DNA of 63,987 nt, counting the filler, from an uncultured bacterium (GTDB taxonomy: Bacteria > Hinthialibacterota > Hinthialibacteria > Hinthialibacterales > Hinthialibacteraceae), in assembly GCA_964449065.1 (NCBI GenBank). It is 4 parts of 4 records of this genome, joined end to end, with 100 filler letters (N's around TTAATTAATTAA, not from the genome) between each part and the next. Parts side by side here need not be neighbours in the genome. Positions count along the whole stretch, not along the records: positions 32,983 to 49,338 come from CAYVAZ010000088.1; positions 49,439 to 63,987 come from CAYVAZ010000113.1; 2 more parts are not named here. One strand, 5' to 3'. A program made the position numbers and the translations under genes. Of the stretch, positions 45,311 to 55,048 are shown piece by piece; the stretch's first letter is position 1, and the number at the start of each line of letters is the position of its first letter. A model generated the notes under the pieces. It made no database searches and was not told where the DNA came from. It worked only from the letters and a program-made list of their open reading frames with translations.

Positions 45311-46654
45311 ATGACCCGAACCGTTTCCATGATCATCCTATTTCTGATGACGTTCTCCCTAACTATGAACAGTACCCAAGCATCGCAGCCCGGCTGGGAG
45401 TATGAGCGCGAGCGCCGCATCAAGTTGGATTACTCCCTGACCAAAGACGAATTACTTCAGCAACTGCAATCCCGTTTGAACGGAGTGACAGAAGCATTAT
45501 TTGAACAGTGGGATCAAGAAGGGCGCTTTGACCGCCGCGAAATCGATGGAGAAATCCGCTACATCTCACCCAGCGTCAGCAATCTGCTGTTCCGCTATCC
45601 CGATGCCAAAGCGATGCGCAAAACCCCGCCGAGCGAAACCTGGGGGCGCTTTGTGGCCTCAATGGTTGAAGAAACAAACGATGAAAACTATGAAAAATTG
45701 CTGCCGCAGCGTTTTCATAACCGAATGACTGTAACAGTCGAACAAGACGCGGTTGAACCGGGTGAATTCGTTTATTGTTGGCTGCCTATCCCACAGCAGA
45801 ACCCATTTCAATCGAACGTCATCATCCATTCCGCCACACCGGAAACGAAAAATATTTCGGATGATAAGGCAGAACATCGTTCGGTATATTTTGAAAGCCA
45901 AGTGCATAAATCAACACCAGTTGTCTTTGAAGTGGAGTATTCTTATACCTCACATGCCCGCGTGAATCGAATCAATCCGGACCGCGTATCATCCGCATTG
46001 CCGGACTCGGTTAAACACTGGACGAAAGAACAACCGCCCCATGTAATGTTCACGGATGAACTCGCGCAAAAAACCAAAGAACTGATTGGCGGTGAGCACA
46101 ACCCGTATTGGAAAGCAAAGAAAATCTATCTGTGGATGACAAATGAATTTAACTACAGCTATGCGCGGGAATATTCTACCATTCCCAACATCAGCCAATA
46201 TTGTTTCAACAAACGCTACGGTGACTGCGGTCAGTTGGCGCTTACGTTTATTACCATGTGCCGAATTGCCGGTATCCCCGCGCGATGGGAAACGGGATGG
46301 ATGCTATATCCGGATCTAAAAAACCTGCACGACTGGTGTGTGATCTATCTGTCTCCCTACGGCTGGGTGCCGGTGGATGTGAACTTGGCGATTGCAGCCA
46401 AACACCAATGGACATTCCTTTCCAAACAAGATAAAGATAACATCATCGATTTTTATTTTGGAAATATGGACCCCTACCGGATGGCGGTCAACTCCAATCA
46501 TGGCGCGAAGTTTCATCCCCCAAAAGAATTTGTCCGTTCGGATACGGTAGACTTTCAACGCGGAGAGGTGGAAACGGAACAGCACAATCTTTATTATGAC
46601 GCGTTTGATTATGAATTGGAAATTGTATCAAATACCAACGTATTCAGTAAATAA
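45311..46654 (+). CDS. Secreted transglutaminase-like domain protein
   Basis: Signal peptide; GDCGQ, LHDWCVIY, GWVPVD triad motifs. Confidence 0.85.
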   Translation: MTRTVSMIILFLMTFSLTMNSTQASQPGWEYERERRIKLDYSLTKDELLQQLQSRLNGVTEALFEQWDQEGRFDRREIDGEIRYISPSVSNLLFRYPDAKAMRKTPPSETWGRFVASMVEETNDENYEKLLPQRFHNRMTVTVEQDAVEPGEFVYCWLPIPQQNPFQSNVIIHSATPETKNISDDKAEHRSVYFESQVHKSTPVVFEVEYSYTSHARVNRINPDRVSSALPDSVKHWTKEQPPHVMFTDELAQKTKELIGGEHNPYWKAKKIYLWMTNEFNYSYAREYSTIPNISQYCFNKRYGDCGQLALTFITMCRIAGIPARWETGWMLYPDLKNLHDWCVIYLSPYGWVPVDVNLAIAAKHQWTFLSKQDKDNIIDFYFGNMDPYRMAVNSNHGAKFHPPKEFVRSDTVDFQRGEVETEQHNLYYDAFDYELEIVSNTNVFSK

Positions 46655-46662
46655 TACCGTTT

Positions 46663-46776
46663 CTAGCGCATTTCAGAGTTGGATAGACAGAATCTTTCGT
46701 TGTTTCCCTCTTATTAAGGGGGTAGAGGGAATCAAAGACGATCTCTTTCAATCTACGCAAACCTGAATTGCCCTAG
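46663..46776. mobile_element. Family A element with type 2 ends on both sides, CTAG-flanked
   Basis: CTAGCGCATTTCAGAGTTGGATAGACAGA ... TCAATCTACGCAAACCTGAATTGCCCTAG around a CCCTCTTATTAAGGGGG core. Confidence 0.72.
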
Positions 46777-46822
46777 TTGGGATGGTAGATTAAGCGCAGC
46801 GATAAATTAACAATCCTAATTG

Positions 46823-46948
46823 GGAATGGAATTCAAGCGTGCTTCCTGCCTGGCGGGAGCCTCGCCCTCCCTGGGCTTGCTTCGCGAGTGGTGGGCTAAG
46901 GTTGTTAAAGTGCGCATCCATGTACCGGCTGTCAACCGATGCTCCCCG
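46823..46948. repeat. Family C and family D REP-like units
   Basis: GGAATTCAAGCGTGCTTCC..GGCGGGAGCCTCGCCCTCCC (46823-46871); CATCCATGTACCGGCT..CCGATGCTCCCC (46915-46948). Confidence 0.65.
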
Positions 46949-47018
46949 TCATAATTGGAAACGGTATTACTCTTCAAACGGCGGAACGTATACAAACACC
47001 TCAACAAAGAGAAACCTC

Positions 47019-48866
47019 TCACCGTACGCCTGATTTTTCTAAGACATCCAATATCGCGGAATATCGCCCAAACGGCGGGAAGATATACGCTCCTTGGATC
47101 TGCTGATAATCCTTGGCGATGCTAAGCGCTTCGGCGGCGATGTTGACACCTTCTTGGCGTTGCGACTGTTTATCCGGAGCCTTCCTTATCCGCTCGCGGA
47201 TCTCATCGGGTATCTGCATGCCCGGAACCTGTGTATGCAGGAACTCGGCGTTTTTATAACTCGCCAGTGGAAGAATCCCCACAAAGAATGGAATCTTGGG
47301 CTCGACGTATTCAATCCGCTTTAAAAAGGTGTGGATTAGTTCATGGTCATACACCGGCTGAGAGAATACATATTCCGCCCCGGCTTTTACTTTTTGTTCA
47401 TAGCGTTTCACTTCCAGATCAAGGTCAGTCGCGCCGGGATTGCAGCCGATACCCAATACCATTTCCGTCTGCCCCTTCATCGGGCGCCGCGCGAAATCCA
47501 AACCGTGGTTCAGCCAATTGGCGCCTTGAATGAGACCAATCGCGTCGAAGTCAAAAACAGCGGTCGCGTCCGGGTAAATGCCCATTTTAGGAGGATCACC
47601 GGTAATCAGCATCAAGTTGCGTAACCCAAGCGCGTTCGCGCTGATCAAATCCATCTGCAATGCGAGGAGGTTGCGGTCGCGGCAGCAAACGTGGATGATG
47701 GTTTCAATCGGCACTTCACGTTTTACCAACATTGCCAAAGCGGTCGGAGACATCCGCCCGGTTGCGCGGGGGCCGTCGGCAATATTTACGGCATCGATCC
47801 CGTTTTCATACAAGAACTTCGCCCCTTCAACCGATTTGCTCGCATCGATCCCTTTCGGTGGGTCCAACTCCACCGACACCATAAACTTCTCGCTCAATTT
47901 TTGCCCGAATAATGTCCGCTCTTTGATGGAAACGGGTGTCATCGATTCATCCGGCAGTTCTTCTTTGGTCACTTCGATGGTGACCTGCTTGCCCGGTTGG
48001 ACCGAACGCAGGAACGAACGCATTTCACGGATCATCTTCGGCGTAATGCCGCAATCGCCGCCCACAATCGCGGCGCCCTTTTGCACATACCGGCGGGCGA
48101 ACTCGGCCATGTATTCCGGCGAGGCCATAGATAGGAGACGGCCGTTAATATTTTGTAGATTGCCGATGCTGGGGCGGATGAACAACTTCAAGCCCTCTTC
48201 AGCCACTTCTTTAAAGGCTTCGGTTTGATCCAACGATTCCTGCGGACCAAGCCCGTTGATACCGACAATGGTCATGCCATCCTGTTTGGCGTGTTGAATC
48301 AGTTTGTCCCAATTGGAAGGATCATATTGGATGAAGGCGTCGTACATCACCGATGGAATAACAGGAACCGTTATTTTCATGCCTTGTATGGTATTTAAGG
48401 CGAGTTCCAACTGCTTCCAATCGGCAAACGATTCCAAATAGATGCCGTCAATCCCGGTTTCTAAAAGATATTCCGCCTGTTCTTTCCACGCAGAAGCGAT
48501 TTCGCTTTCATCGTTACCTTCAAACAAATCATTAGGAAACGGCCCGATCGAACCGAGAATGTATTTGTCGTCCCCGGCGGATGCCCGGGCCAGTTCAACC
48601 CCCTTTTGGTTGATCTCTTTGGTGAGTTGGGGGATGCCGTACCCGTTCAGCACAATGCGGTTGGCGGCAAAGGTATTGGTGATGAGAATATCCGCTCCCG
48701 CCTTGCTGAAGGATTCATGAATATTCTGCACCACGGCAGGTTGATTGAGGTTAATCTGCTCGTAACACGCGTTCACAAAAAAGCCTTCTTTGTAGAGTTC
48801 GGATGTAATATTCCCATCTGCCAGCAAAACGCGATTCTGCACGATATCATTCAATGATGTATTCAT
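47019..48866 (-). CDS. yitJ: Bifunctional homocysteine S-methyltransferase/methylenetetrahydrofolate reductase (YitJ-like); HMT Zn ligands substituted
   Basis: AGADILITNTFAAN, GSIGP (HMT); VELDPPKG, HVCCRDRN, ITGDPP, SQPVYD (MTHFR); GGAG before ATG 48866. Confidence 0.88.
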   Translation of the reverse strand: MNTSLNDIVQNRVLLADGNITSELYKEGFFVNACYEQINLNQPAVVQNIHESFSKAGADILITNTFAANRIVLNGYGIPQLTKEINQKGVELARASAGDDKYILGSIGPFPNDLFEGNDESEIASAWKEQAEYLLETGIDGIYLESFADWKQLELALNTIQGMKITVPVIPSVMYDAFIQYDPSNWDKLIQHAKQDGMTIVGINGLGPQESLDQTEAFKEVAEEGLKLFIRPSIGNLQNINGRLLSMASPEYMAEFARRYVQKGAAIVGGDCGITPKMIREMRSFLRSVQPGKQVTIEVTKEELPDESMTPVSIKERTLFGQKLSEKFMVSVELDPPKGIDASKSVEGAKFLYENGIDAVNIADGPRATGRMSPTALAMLVKREVPIETIIHVCCRDRNLLALQMDLISANALGLRNLMLITGDPPKMGIYPDATAVFDFDAIGLIQGANWLNHGLDFARRPMKGQTEMVLGIGCNPGATDLDLEVKRYEQKVKAGAEYVFSQPVYDHELIHTFLKRIEYVEPKIPFFVGILPLASYKNAEFLHTQVPGMQIPDEIRERIRKAPDKQSQRQEGVNIAAEALSIAKDYQQIQGAYIFPPFGRYSAILDVLEKSGVR

Positions 48867-48995
48867 ATAAACACATTTTCTCCATAAGGGATAACACCAA
48901 ATCATAGCAAAGGATGCGGGAAACCCAAGCGGAAGCCAAAATTGGATGGGTTAAAGAGTAAGCAAACCGTTAAAAAAATCGCACAAAACCTTCGG

Positions 48996-49223
48996 TTAAA
49001 TATTAAATATAGAAGAGGGTAAAGGATCATCGAAATCATCCGGTACTTCAAATTCTCCTTTACACAATCCGTATGGTCTGGGGACATTTCTTTTCGTGTC
49101 TACCGGTTTGCATTCTGCTACCGGTTTTCCCTCACTCACGATAAGAAGGGTCTCTCCCCTTGCTACACGCTGAAGATAGGATGAAATATTTTGTTGGAGA
49201 TCTTTTACCGTTACTCGTACCAT
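48996..49223 (-). CDS. Phd/YefM-family antitoxin (orphan)
   Basis: VTVKDLQQNISSYLQRVARGE..GKPVAE; RPYGLCKGEFEVPDDFDDPLP tail. Confidence 0.85.
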   Translation of the reverse strand: MVRVTVKDLQQNISSYLQRVARGETLLIVSEGKPVAECKPVDTKRNVPRPYGLCKGEFEVPDDFDDPLPSSIFNI

Positions 49224-49338
49224 TTCGCGTACCGTACATGGATTCTTTTATGATCAATCCTTATTCCATTTTTAATTATATCATAACTCACGTTACGCAC
49301 TACATTATGATATGCCCATTTTTCTAATCGTTCGCTGC

Positions 49339-49438
49339 NNNNNNNNNNNNNNNNNNNNNNNNNNNNNNNNNNNNNNNNNNNNTTAATTAATTAANNNNNN
49401 NNNNNNNNNNNNNNNNNNNNNNNNNNNNNNNNNNNNNN
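49339..49438. other. Artificial contig spacer
   Basis: 44 N + TTAATTAATTAA + 44 N. Confidence 0.98.
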
Positions 49439-49475
49439 CCCCCCTTAATAAGGGGGGGATAACAACGACAGTCTC
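49439..49475. repeat. Family A core at contig start
   Basis: CCCCCCTTAATAAGGGGGGGATAACAACGACAG. Confidence 0.7.
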
Positions 49476-49524
49476 TTCGTTGCGTAACATGAGATCCTAA
49501 TTTAAACGGGAAGGATTATACGTT

Positions 49525-50589
49525 GTGGGTGTGTTTTCGTACGCGTTGAACTTGCTAAAGTCTCGGGATGCCGGGATGTTTTTTATTTTGATTTTTTTGA
49601 TGCTGGTCATCACATGGTTTAATCCGGACGCGTTTTTGAATCCGTACAATCTTCACAACCTGCTTCGCCAAATCGGCTTTCTTGCCATTTTCGCGATTGG
49701 AGTAACGTTTGTGATCATCACCGCGGGGATCGATCTGTCGGTCGGGTCGCTGGTGGCGTTTTGCGGTGTGTTGGCCGCGCTGCTGATGGAACGAGGTTTT
49801 ACGGTTGTGGGATTTGTTGAACCGGGTGAAGCCAGTGTAACGGTTTTAATTTCCACTTGCATCATGGTTATGATCGCCGGGGCGCTGGTTGGCGTGTTTC
49901 ATGGTGTGATGGTGGCCGTGTTTGATATCCCCCCGTTTGTGGTGACGCTGGGCAGCATGTGTATCCTGCGCAGTGTGGCGTATCTAATGACATCTGCCGT
50001 TCCGGTACCGATATTAAATGAGCCGTTTAATGCTTTAGGAAATGAAGGATTTTTAAGCTTTCCGTTTCCCGATAGCCCCAACCGTTGGAAAGACGGCTTT
50101 TGGATATGGATTGAGATTCCCATCGCGTTTTGGATTTGCATCATCGTAGCCATTGTAAGTTCTGTTTTGTTGACGATGACCCGTTTTGGGCGGAACTTGT
50201 ATGCCGTGGGCGGGAATGAGCAAGCCTCCTTTCTATCCGGGGTATCTGTGTTTTGGACAAAAGTGGGAGCGTATGCCTATTGCAGCGGATTGGCCGCGAT
50301 ATCGGGAATTTTGTTCTGCGCGTATGACCGGCAGGGCAACCCCAGCAGCGGGGTTGCGTATGAATTGAACGCGATTGCGGCAGCGGTGATCGGCGGAAGC
50401 AGTTTGATGGGGGGAGCCGGAAGCGTCAGCGGAACGTTGATCGGGGCATCCATCTTTGCACTGATCATCAATGGGATCAATCTCATCATTCAGCGCAACG
50501 CGTCATTTTGGGAAGGCACCATTCAAGGGATCGTTATCATCATCGCGGTGACCTTTAACACCATTCGGGCAAAGCGGCAGAAGGGGTAA
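49525..50589 (+). CDS. Sugar ABC transporter permease (RbsC-like)
   Basis: GIDLSVGS, PPFVVTLG, TRFGRNLYAVGGNEQAS, YELNAIAAAVIGG. Confidence 0.93.
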   Translation: MGVFSYALNLLKSRDAGMFFILIFLMLVITWFNPDAFLNPYNLHNLLRQIGFLAIFAIGVTFVIITAGIDLSVGSLVAFCGVLAALLMERGFTVVGFVEPGEASVTVLISTCIMVMIAGALVGVFHGVMVAVFDIPPFVVTLGSMCILRSVAYLMTSAVPVPILNEPFNALGNEGFLSFPFPDSPNRWKDGFWIWIEIPIAFWICIIVAIVSSVLLTMTRFGRNLYAVGGNEQASFLSGVSVFWTKVGAYAYCSGLAAISGILFCAYDRQGNPSSGVAYELNAIAAAVIGGSSLMGGAGSVSGTLIGASIFALIINGINLIIQRNASFWEGTIQGIVIIIAVTFNTIRAKRQKG

Positions 50590-50617
50590 AATAAATTTTC
50601 GCCATAGTTTGTCTCGT

Positions 50618-51052
50618 TTAAACATCTGGCGGAGTATCTACAAAGCGTATAAAAGATGAATATTGACTATGTTCAGATACGCAATGGAAAAACTTTTTGT
50701 CGGCAGTAACTATTTCCATATCAAGTGTTTCTGCTGCTGCAAGATAAATACAATCGTATAGAGCATGTTCTAAAGTAACAGCATGAAAATAAGCTCTTTC
50801 AAACAAATCATGAGTTGGAATTAATGTAAGGAGATCAGATTGGAAAAGGGTAGTATAAGATCGCCAACCATCCCTTGTTTCAACATCGGTAAATCGGACT
50901 TTTTTTACTATCGCATTTGCTATTTCTTCTCTTATCAATTCCGGTGCATATAATGGAACTTCAGATTTCATATACAAAACGGCATTATTCCAAAATTCTT
51001 CTTCATACACCCATTTAACTGCTACACTTGCATCGATTTCAAAACCATTCAC
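50618..51052 (-). CDS. vapC: VapC/PIN-domain toxin
   Basis: IDASVAVKW, APELIREE, YDCIYLA, VTADKK; GTGA overlap with antitoxin. Confidence 0.9.
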   Translation of the reverse strand: MNGFEIDASVAVKWVYEEEFWNNAVLYMKSEVPLYAPELIREEIANAIVKKVRFTDVETRDGWRSYTTLFQSDLLTLIPTHDLFERAYFHAVTLEHALYDCIYLAAAETLDMEIVTADKKFFHCVSEHSQYSSFIRFVDTPPDV

Positions 51053-51288
51053 CGGTTATCTCTATCTTCGCGAATTAATTGCGTACTGTCAGATTTTTGC
51101 GGTCCTACTTTTTTACGAAATTCGTTTGCGAATTTTATAAATTCTTCCTTGCTTATTCTTTTACCTTCAGTCTTTGAAATTAGCATGTCTTTTGCGTACT
51201 CTTCCACACTTTGACCATGCATCATGGCTTGTTCTTGTAAATGATTCAAAACATTTTCATCAATTTCTTTAATCAACAATTCACTCAT
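51049..51288 (-). CDS. FitA/VapB-like ribbon-helix-helix antitoxin
   Basis: LLIKEIDE..L..QA..HGQSVE; DSTQLIREDRD tail; upstream of PIN gene. Confidence 0.87.
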   Translation of the reverse strand: MSELLIKEIDENVLNHLQEQAMMHGQSVEEYAKDMLISKTEGKRISKEEFIKFANEFRKKVGPQKSDSTQLIREDRDNR

Positions 51289-51404
51289 GGTTTTTCACGC
51301 TTTCGCAAGGTAATCCTCTTTTTAGTATAACACAATCAAAGGAAGCCTTTTAGAATATTGATGAAAGAATGTGGATAAGTTCATGTTGTTTGTACACCAA
51401 ATAA

Positions 51405-51413
51405 TGGTATAAT
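51405..51413 (+). promoter_or_regulatory. Extended -10 promoter of RelE-like/HTH operon
   Basis: TG-G-TATAAT directly upstream of the toxin frame. Confidence 0.5.
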
Positions 51414-51417
51414 TGAT

Positions 51418-51708
51418 ATAGATTGGACAATAACGGCACGGACAAAAGTATTAAAGCAGACTGATAAATTGCCAAAGAGTATCAATCTCATTTTTCGTGC
51501 TCTAGTTGATGACTTAGAAAAAAATGGTCCAATAAGAGGGAATTGGAAAAATTTTAGTGAATTGCGATCCGGCAATAACAACAAGCGTTATCATTGTCAT
51601 CTAAAAGCGGGAAAACCGACTTATGTTGCGATTTGGGAAGTAGAACGGAATGAGATTAAGATAATAGAAATGAAGTATGTTGGTACTCATGAAAACGCGC
51701 CCTATTGA
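51418..51708 (+). CDS. RelE/HigB-like toxin; probable start is ATA (non-canonical or mutated)
   Basis: Frame ATA-DWTITAR..LPK..GP..W.N.S.L..YHCHLK.GKPTYVAIW..YVGTHENAPY; toxin-before-HTH order. Confidence 0.72.
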   Translation: MDWTITARTKVLKQTDKLPKSINLIFRALVDDLEKNGPIRGNWKNFSELRSGNNNKRYHCHLKAGKPTYVAIWEVERNEIKIIEMKYVGTHENAPY

Positions 51709-51726
51709 CGATATGGATAATAGAAA

Positions 51727-52074
51727 ATGGATGCCATCAAATCAAGACATAATCTGGAAGAAATGATAGAAAAGACCATTGTTGGTCCGGCTGGGAATTT
51801 GCATTCACTTATGAAAGTATTGAAAGAATACGATTTTCAGGAGGTCCAAGAAGGCGCGGTTGAGATTCGAGATTTTGTAAAGCCTCTAAAACCCAATGAG
51901 TCTCTTAAAGCCTACCGGTTACGGGAAAATTTGACGCAATCACAATTGGCAGATAAAGCTGGTATAATGCAGCAGCATATTTCGGAAATGGAAAATGATA
52001 AAAGAGTCATCGGGAAAAAGAACGCATCAAAATTTGCGGCGATATTAAATTGTGATTACCGCCATTTTCTTTAA
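51727..52074 (+). CDS. XRE-family HTH antitoxin (HigA-like)
   Basis: LKAYRLRENLTQSQLADKAGIMQQHISEMENDKRVIGK. Confidence 0.88.
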   Translation: MDAIKSRHNLEEMIEKTIVGPAGNLHSLMKVLKEYDFQEVQEGAVEIRDFVKPLKPNESLKAYRLRENLTQSQLADKAGIMQQHISEMENDKRVIGKKNASKFAAILNCDYRHFL

Positions 52075-52084
52075 TGTAACGATT

Positions 52085-52499
52085 ATGACCTTCTCAATAT
52101 TCGATCCCCTCAAACGCATGGCCGTGTACAATCAAAAGGCCAACGAAAATCTGTATGAATCTTGCGGTGGGTTGACAGAAGATTAACTCAAAGAGAAGCG
52201 CACTGGATTGAGTACCAGTATATTGAACATGCTTTCGCATATTTTTATTGGCGATCAACTTTGGATGACCCGCCTTCGGGGTGATGACATCCCTGCAACC
52301 GGGCTTTTTAACGAACCGTCTGCTTCTTTTGATGCGCTAAAAACGGAACTTGAAAGACTGGATGCTGATCGCGCATTTCTTTAACCAGCCAACAAATCAC
52401 CGGGCGCAAATCAACTCCATGCTGTAACAATCCGGCTTCAAACCTTTTATTCAAGACATGCACCGGATTCGCTGTCCGAATCCTGCTGAATCCGTGTGA
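52085..52499 (+). pseudogene. DinB-family pseudogene
   Basis: YNQKANENLY, SILNMLSHIFIGDQLWMTRL, HFFNQPTNHRAQI motifs; in-frame TAA at 52184-52186 and 52425-52427, frame break and apparent internal deletion. Confidence 0.78.
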
Positions 52500-52621
52500 T
52501 TTTGTTTTGCAAACCAATTTGAAACCTCTCTCAATTTGAGAAAAACCATCATTCCCATCAAGCGACGATTTGTCTTACCGATAATGGGAACAAATTGATA
52601 TGATGATGGGGCGATGAACAC

Positions 52622-53500
52622 ATGAAAGAAATAGCACAAACGTTACACCTTCTTGCCAACGGGCCTGCTTCGTACATTCTTCGGGAAATGAAATCTTCGG
52701 AAGTGGAGATTGATGAAGTCTGCCGAATGTTTCCTTCCAAACAGCAGGTGATTGAACCTGAGGCGAATGCCGCGAAGAAAGAAATCCATTCGATTATCGG
52801 CACCGCGCAGCAGCATGTATTGCCGTTGGAACATACCGAGCGGGATATCCGCGCGAAAGAATCCAAACCGGGATTGAAACGCTATTTTGGATTGCAAAAG
52901 CGCATGAATGATGCCGGTACATCCGATTATGAAATCCCATCCTTGCAGCGGGAAGCTAACAGCCTCAAAGCCGCGTTTTCGCGCGAGTTGGTGGAACTCA
53001 TGAAAAAATCGCATGAAGCGCTTTCCCTTCGCCTTTACATTATCGAAGGCTGGAAAGACGTTGTGTCCCAAGAAATTATTTTTTTTGAAACCGTTCAGTT
53101 GGAAACCCTCAGTAAAATTCTTCATGATGCTCACAGAGAAGGTTTGGTTGAAATTGTGGATCAAATTCATAAACGGCTAAAGGTGTTGAACCGCCAAGCG
53201 GTGTTGGATGTAAACCGCATTCGCCCTGCCGAATTAAAATTCACCAACATCAAAAACCTGCAATCCTCACTCAAAAAACAACTCGTGGATGCGGTTCAAC
53301 TCGAAAAGATCATCATGGATAAATACGATGTTCTGCAGGAACTCTCCAGCATCGAAAACCAACTAAGCGAAGACCTGCCGGAAGCCCCTTCCATCCCGGC
53401 GGGATATCAGCATCTACCGGTTGCGCGGCAATCGGGTATCCGGTCGCATCCAATCAGAAACCGCATGGCGTTCACGCGCTTTCAGTCCCGCACAGCCTGA
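52622..53500 (+). CDS. Hypothetical helical/coiled-coil protein
   Basis: 292-aa ORF rich in L/E/K; no family recognised. Confidence 0.55.
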   Translation: MKEIAQTLHLLANGPASYILREMKSSEVEIDEVCRMFPSKQQVIEPEANAAKKEIHSIIGTAQQHVLPLEHTERDIRAKESKPGLKRYFGLQKRMNDAGTSDYEIPSLQREANSLKAAFSRELVELMKKSHEALSLRLYIIEGWKDVVSQEIIFFETVQLETLSKILHDAHREGLVEIVDQIHKRLKVLNRQAVLDVNRIRPAELKFTNIKNLQSSLKKQLVDAVQLEKIIMDKYDVLQELSSIENQLSEDLPEAPSIPAGYQHLPVARQSGIRSHPIRNRMAFTRFQSRTA

Positions 53501-53611
53501 CGCGGAATGTGGATCGTATTCAATCTGTATCCTGCCATTGCAGAATCCTTGACGATTGCGGTAAGATAACCAAATTCATATTTAAACATCTTACTCAGGA
53601 GTTAATGGATT

Positions 53612-54904
53612 ATGCGGATGGACTATCTTCCTACTTTATTCTTATTGAAATGGATCATCGCTTTCAATATTGGAATTCTTTCCTTGCAAGCGTATGGGCA
53701 GGTTAAGCTCTATGAACCCAAAGCAACGGACGAATGGTACCAATTCCGCGGCCCGACAGGGTTAGGTCATGCCGCAGCCTATGAAGCCCCATTGCACTGG
53801 GGACCGGAACAAAATGTAGAATGGAAAACACCCATTCCCGGAAACGGTTGGTCTTCTCCAGTACTTGTTGACGGCAAAATCTATTTAACCACCGCGGTTA
53901 GAGACGCGGGCAACACAACGCTTCATGCATTGTGTTTGAATGCGGTGAATGGAACAATTCTTTGGAACAAAGAAATCTTTCAACCCACCTCCGAAGAGAC
54001 CCGGCAAATGCATTCCAAAAACAGCTTGGCCAGCCCCACTCCCATTGTGTTCGACGGGAAGCTGTATGTGCACTTCGGTCACATGGGCACGGCTGCGCTT
54101 AATTTAAACGGCGATATTGTTTGGAAACAGGAAGATATCGATTACCCGCCCGTACACGGCAACGGCGGTTCCCCGGCCCTTGTTCACGATTTGCTTGTGT
54201 TTAGTTGTGACGGCGGAAGCGATCCGTTTGTTGCCGCTCTCAATCGTCATACAGGGAAGATAGAATGGAAAACAGCGCGGAGAACCCACGCTCAAAAAAC
54301 GTTTTCTTTCAGTACACCCCTGGTCATCGATGTAAACGGTCAAACTCAGATAATTCTTCCCGGGAGTGGATTGGTGGGTAGTTACCGCCCCAAAGATGGA
54401 AAAGAACTATGGCGGGTAGAATACGGTGAAGGCTATTCCGTGGTCCCGCGTCCTGTGTTTGCGCATGGGTTGCTCTATGTCAGTTCCAGTTTTGACTCGC
54501 CGCAAGCGTATGCGATCAATCCTTTAGGCGCGAAAGGGAACGCCACGGATGACCATATCGTGTGGTCCCAACGTAGAAGCGCGCCGAAAACGCCGTCTAT
54601 GATTGTGGTGGGAAATCAATTCTACATGGTCTCAGATGGCGGTGTGGCAACGTGCTTGGATGCCAAAACCGGAACGGTGCATTGGAGCGAACGGTTGGAC
54701 GGCAATTTTTCCGCGTCCCCCATCGCGGTGGAGGACCGTATTTATTTCTTGAATGAAACCGGAACGACGTTTGTAATACAAGCCGGAACGGATTATAACT
54801 TGTTGGCGGAAAACAAGATCGGCCAGCGCACGCTGGCCTCTCCCGCGGCTGTGGACGGCCGCTTCTATATTCGTTCGGATTCACATTTGTGGTGTTTTCG
54901 TTAA
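53612..54904 (+). CDS. PQQ-binding-like (BamB-type) beta-propeller protein
   Basis: WYQFRGPTG, WKTPIPGNGWSSP, ASPTP, FSTP, FSASP repeats. Confidence 0.88.
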   Translation: MRMDYLPTLFLLKWIIAFNIGILSLQAYGQVKLYEPKATDEWYQFRGPTGLGHAAAYEAPLHWGPEQNVEWKTPIPGNGWSSPVLVDGKIYLTTAVRDAGNTTLHALCLNAVNGTILWNKEIFQPTSEETRQMHSKNSLASPTPIVFDGKLYVHFGHMGTAALNLNGDIVWKQEDIDYPPVHGNGGSPALVHDLLVFSCDGGSDPFVAALNRHTGKIEWKTARRTHAQKTFSFSTPLVIDVNGQTQIILPGSGLVGSYRPKDGKELWRVEYGEGYSVVPRPVFAHGLLYVSSSFDSPQAYAINPLGAKGNATDDHIVWSQRRSAPKTPSMIVVGNQFYMVSDGGVATCLDAKTGTVHWSERLDGNFSASPIAVEDRIYFLNETGTTFVIQAGTDYNLLAENKIGQRTLASPAAVDGRFYIRSDSHLWCFR

Positions 54905-55048
54905 ATTTGAAACGCGTGTATCCGGTTGACTTGGAAGGATGCCCTTTTCGTTCATAATGATATGGGATACTGCGAAATAGATACCGTGATGATTCGTATA
55001 AGAATAAAATAATATTGATACAACGAGAATTTTTACAGGAGGTTTAGG

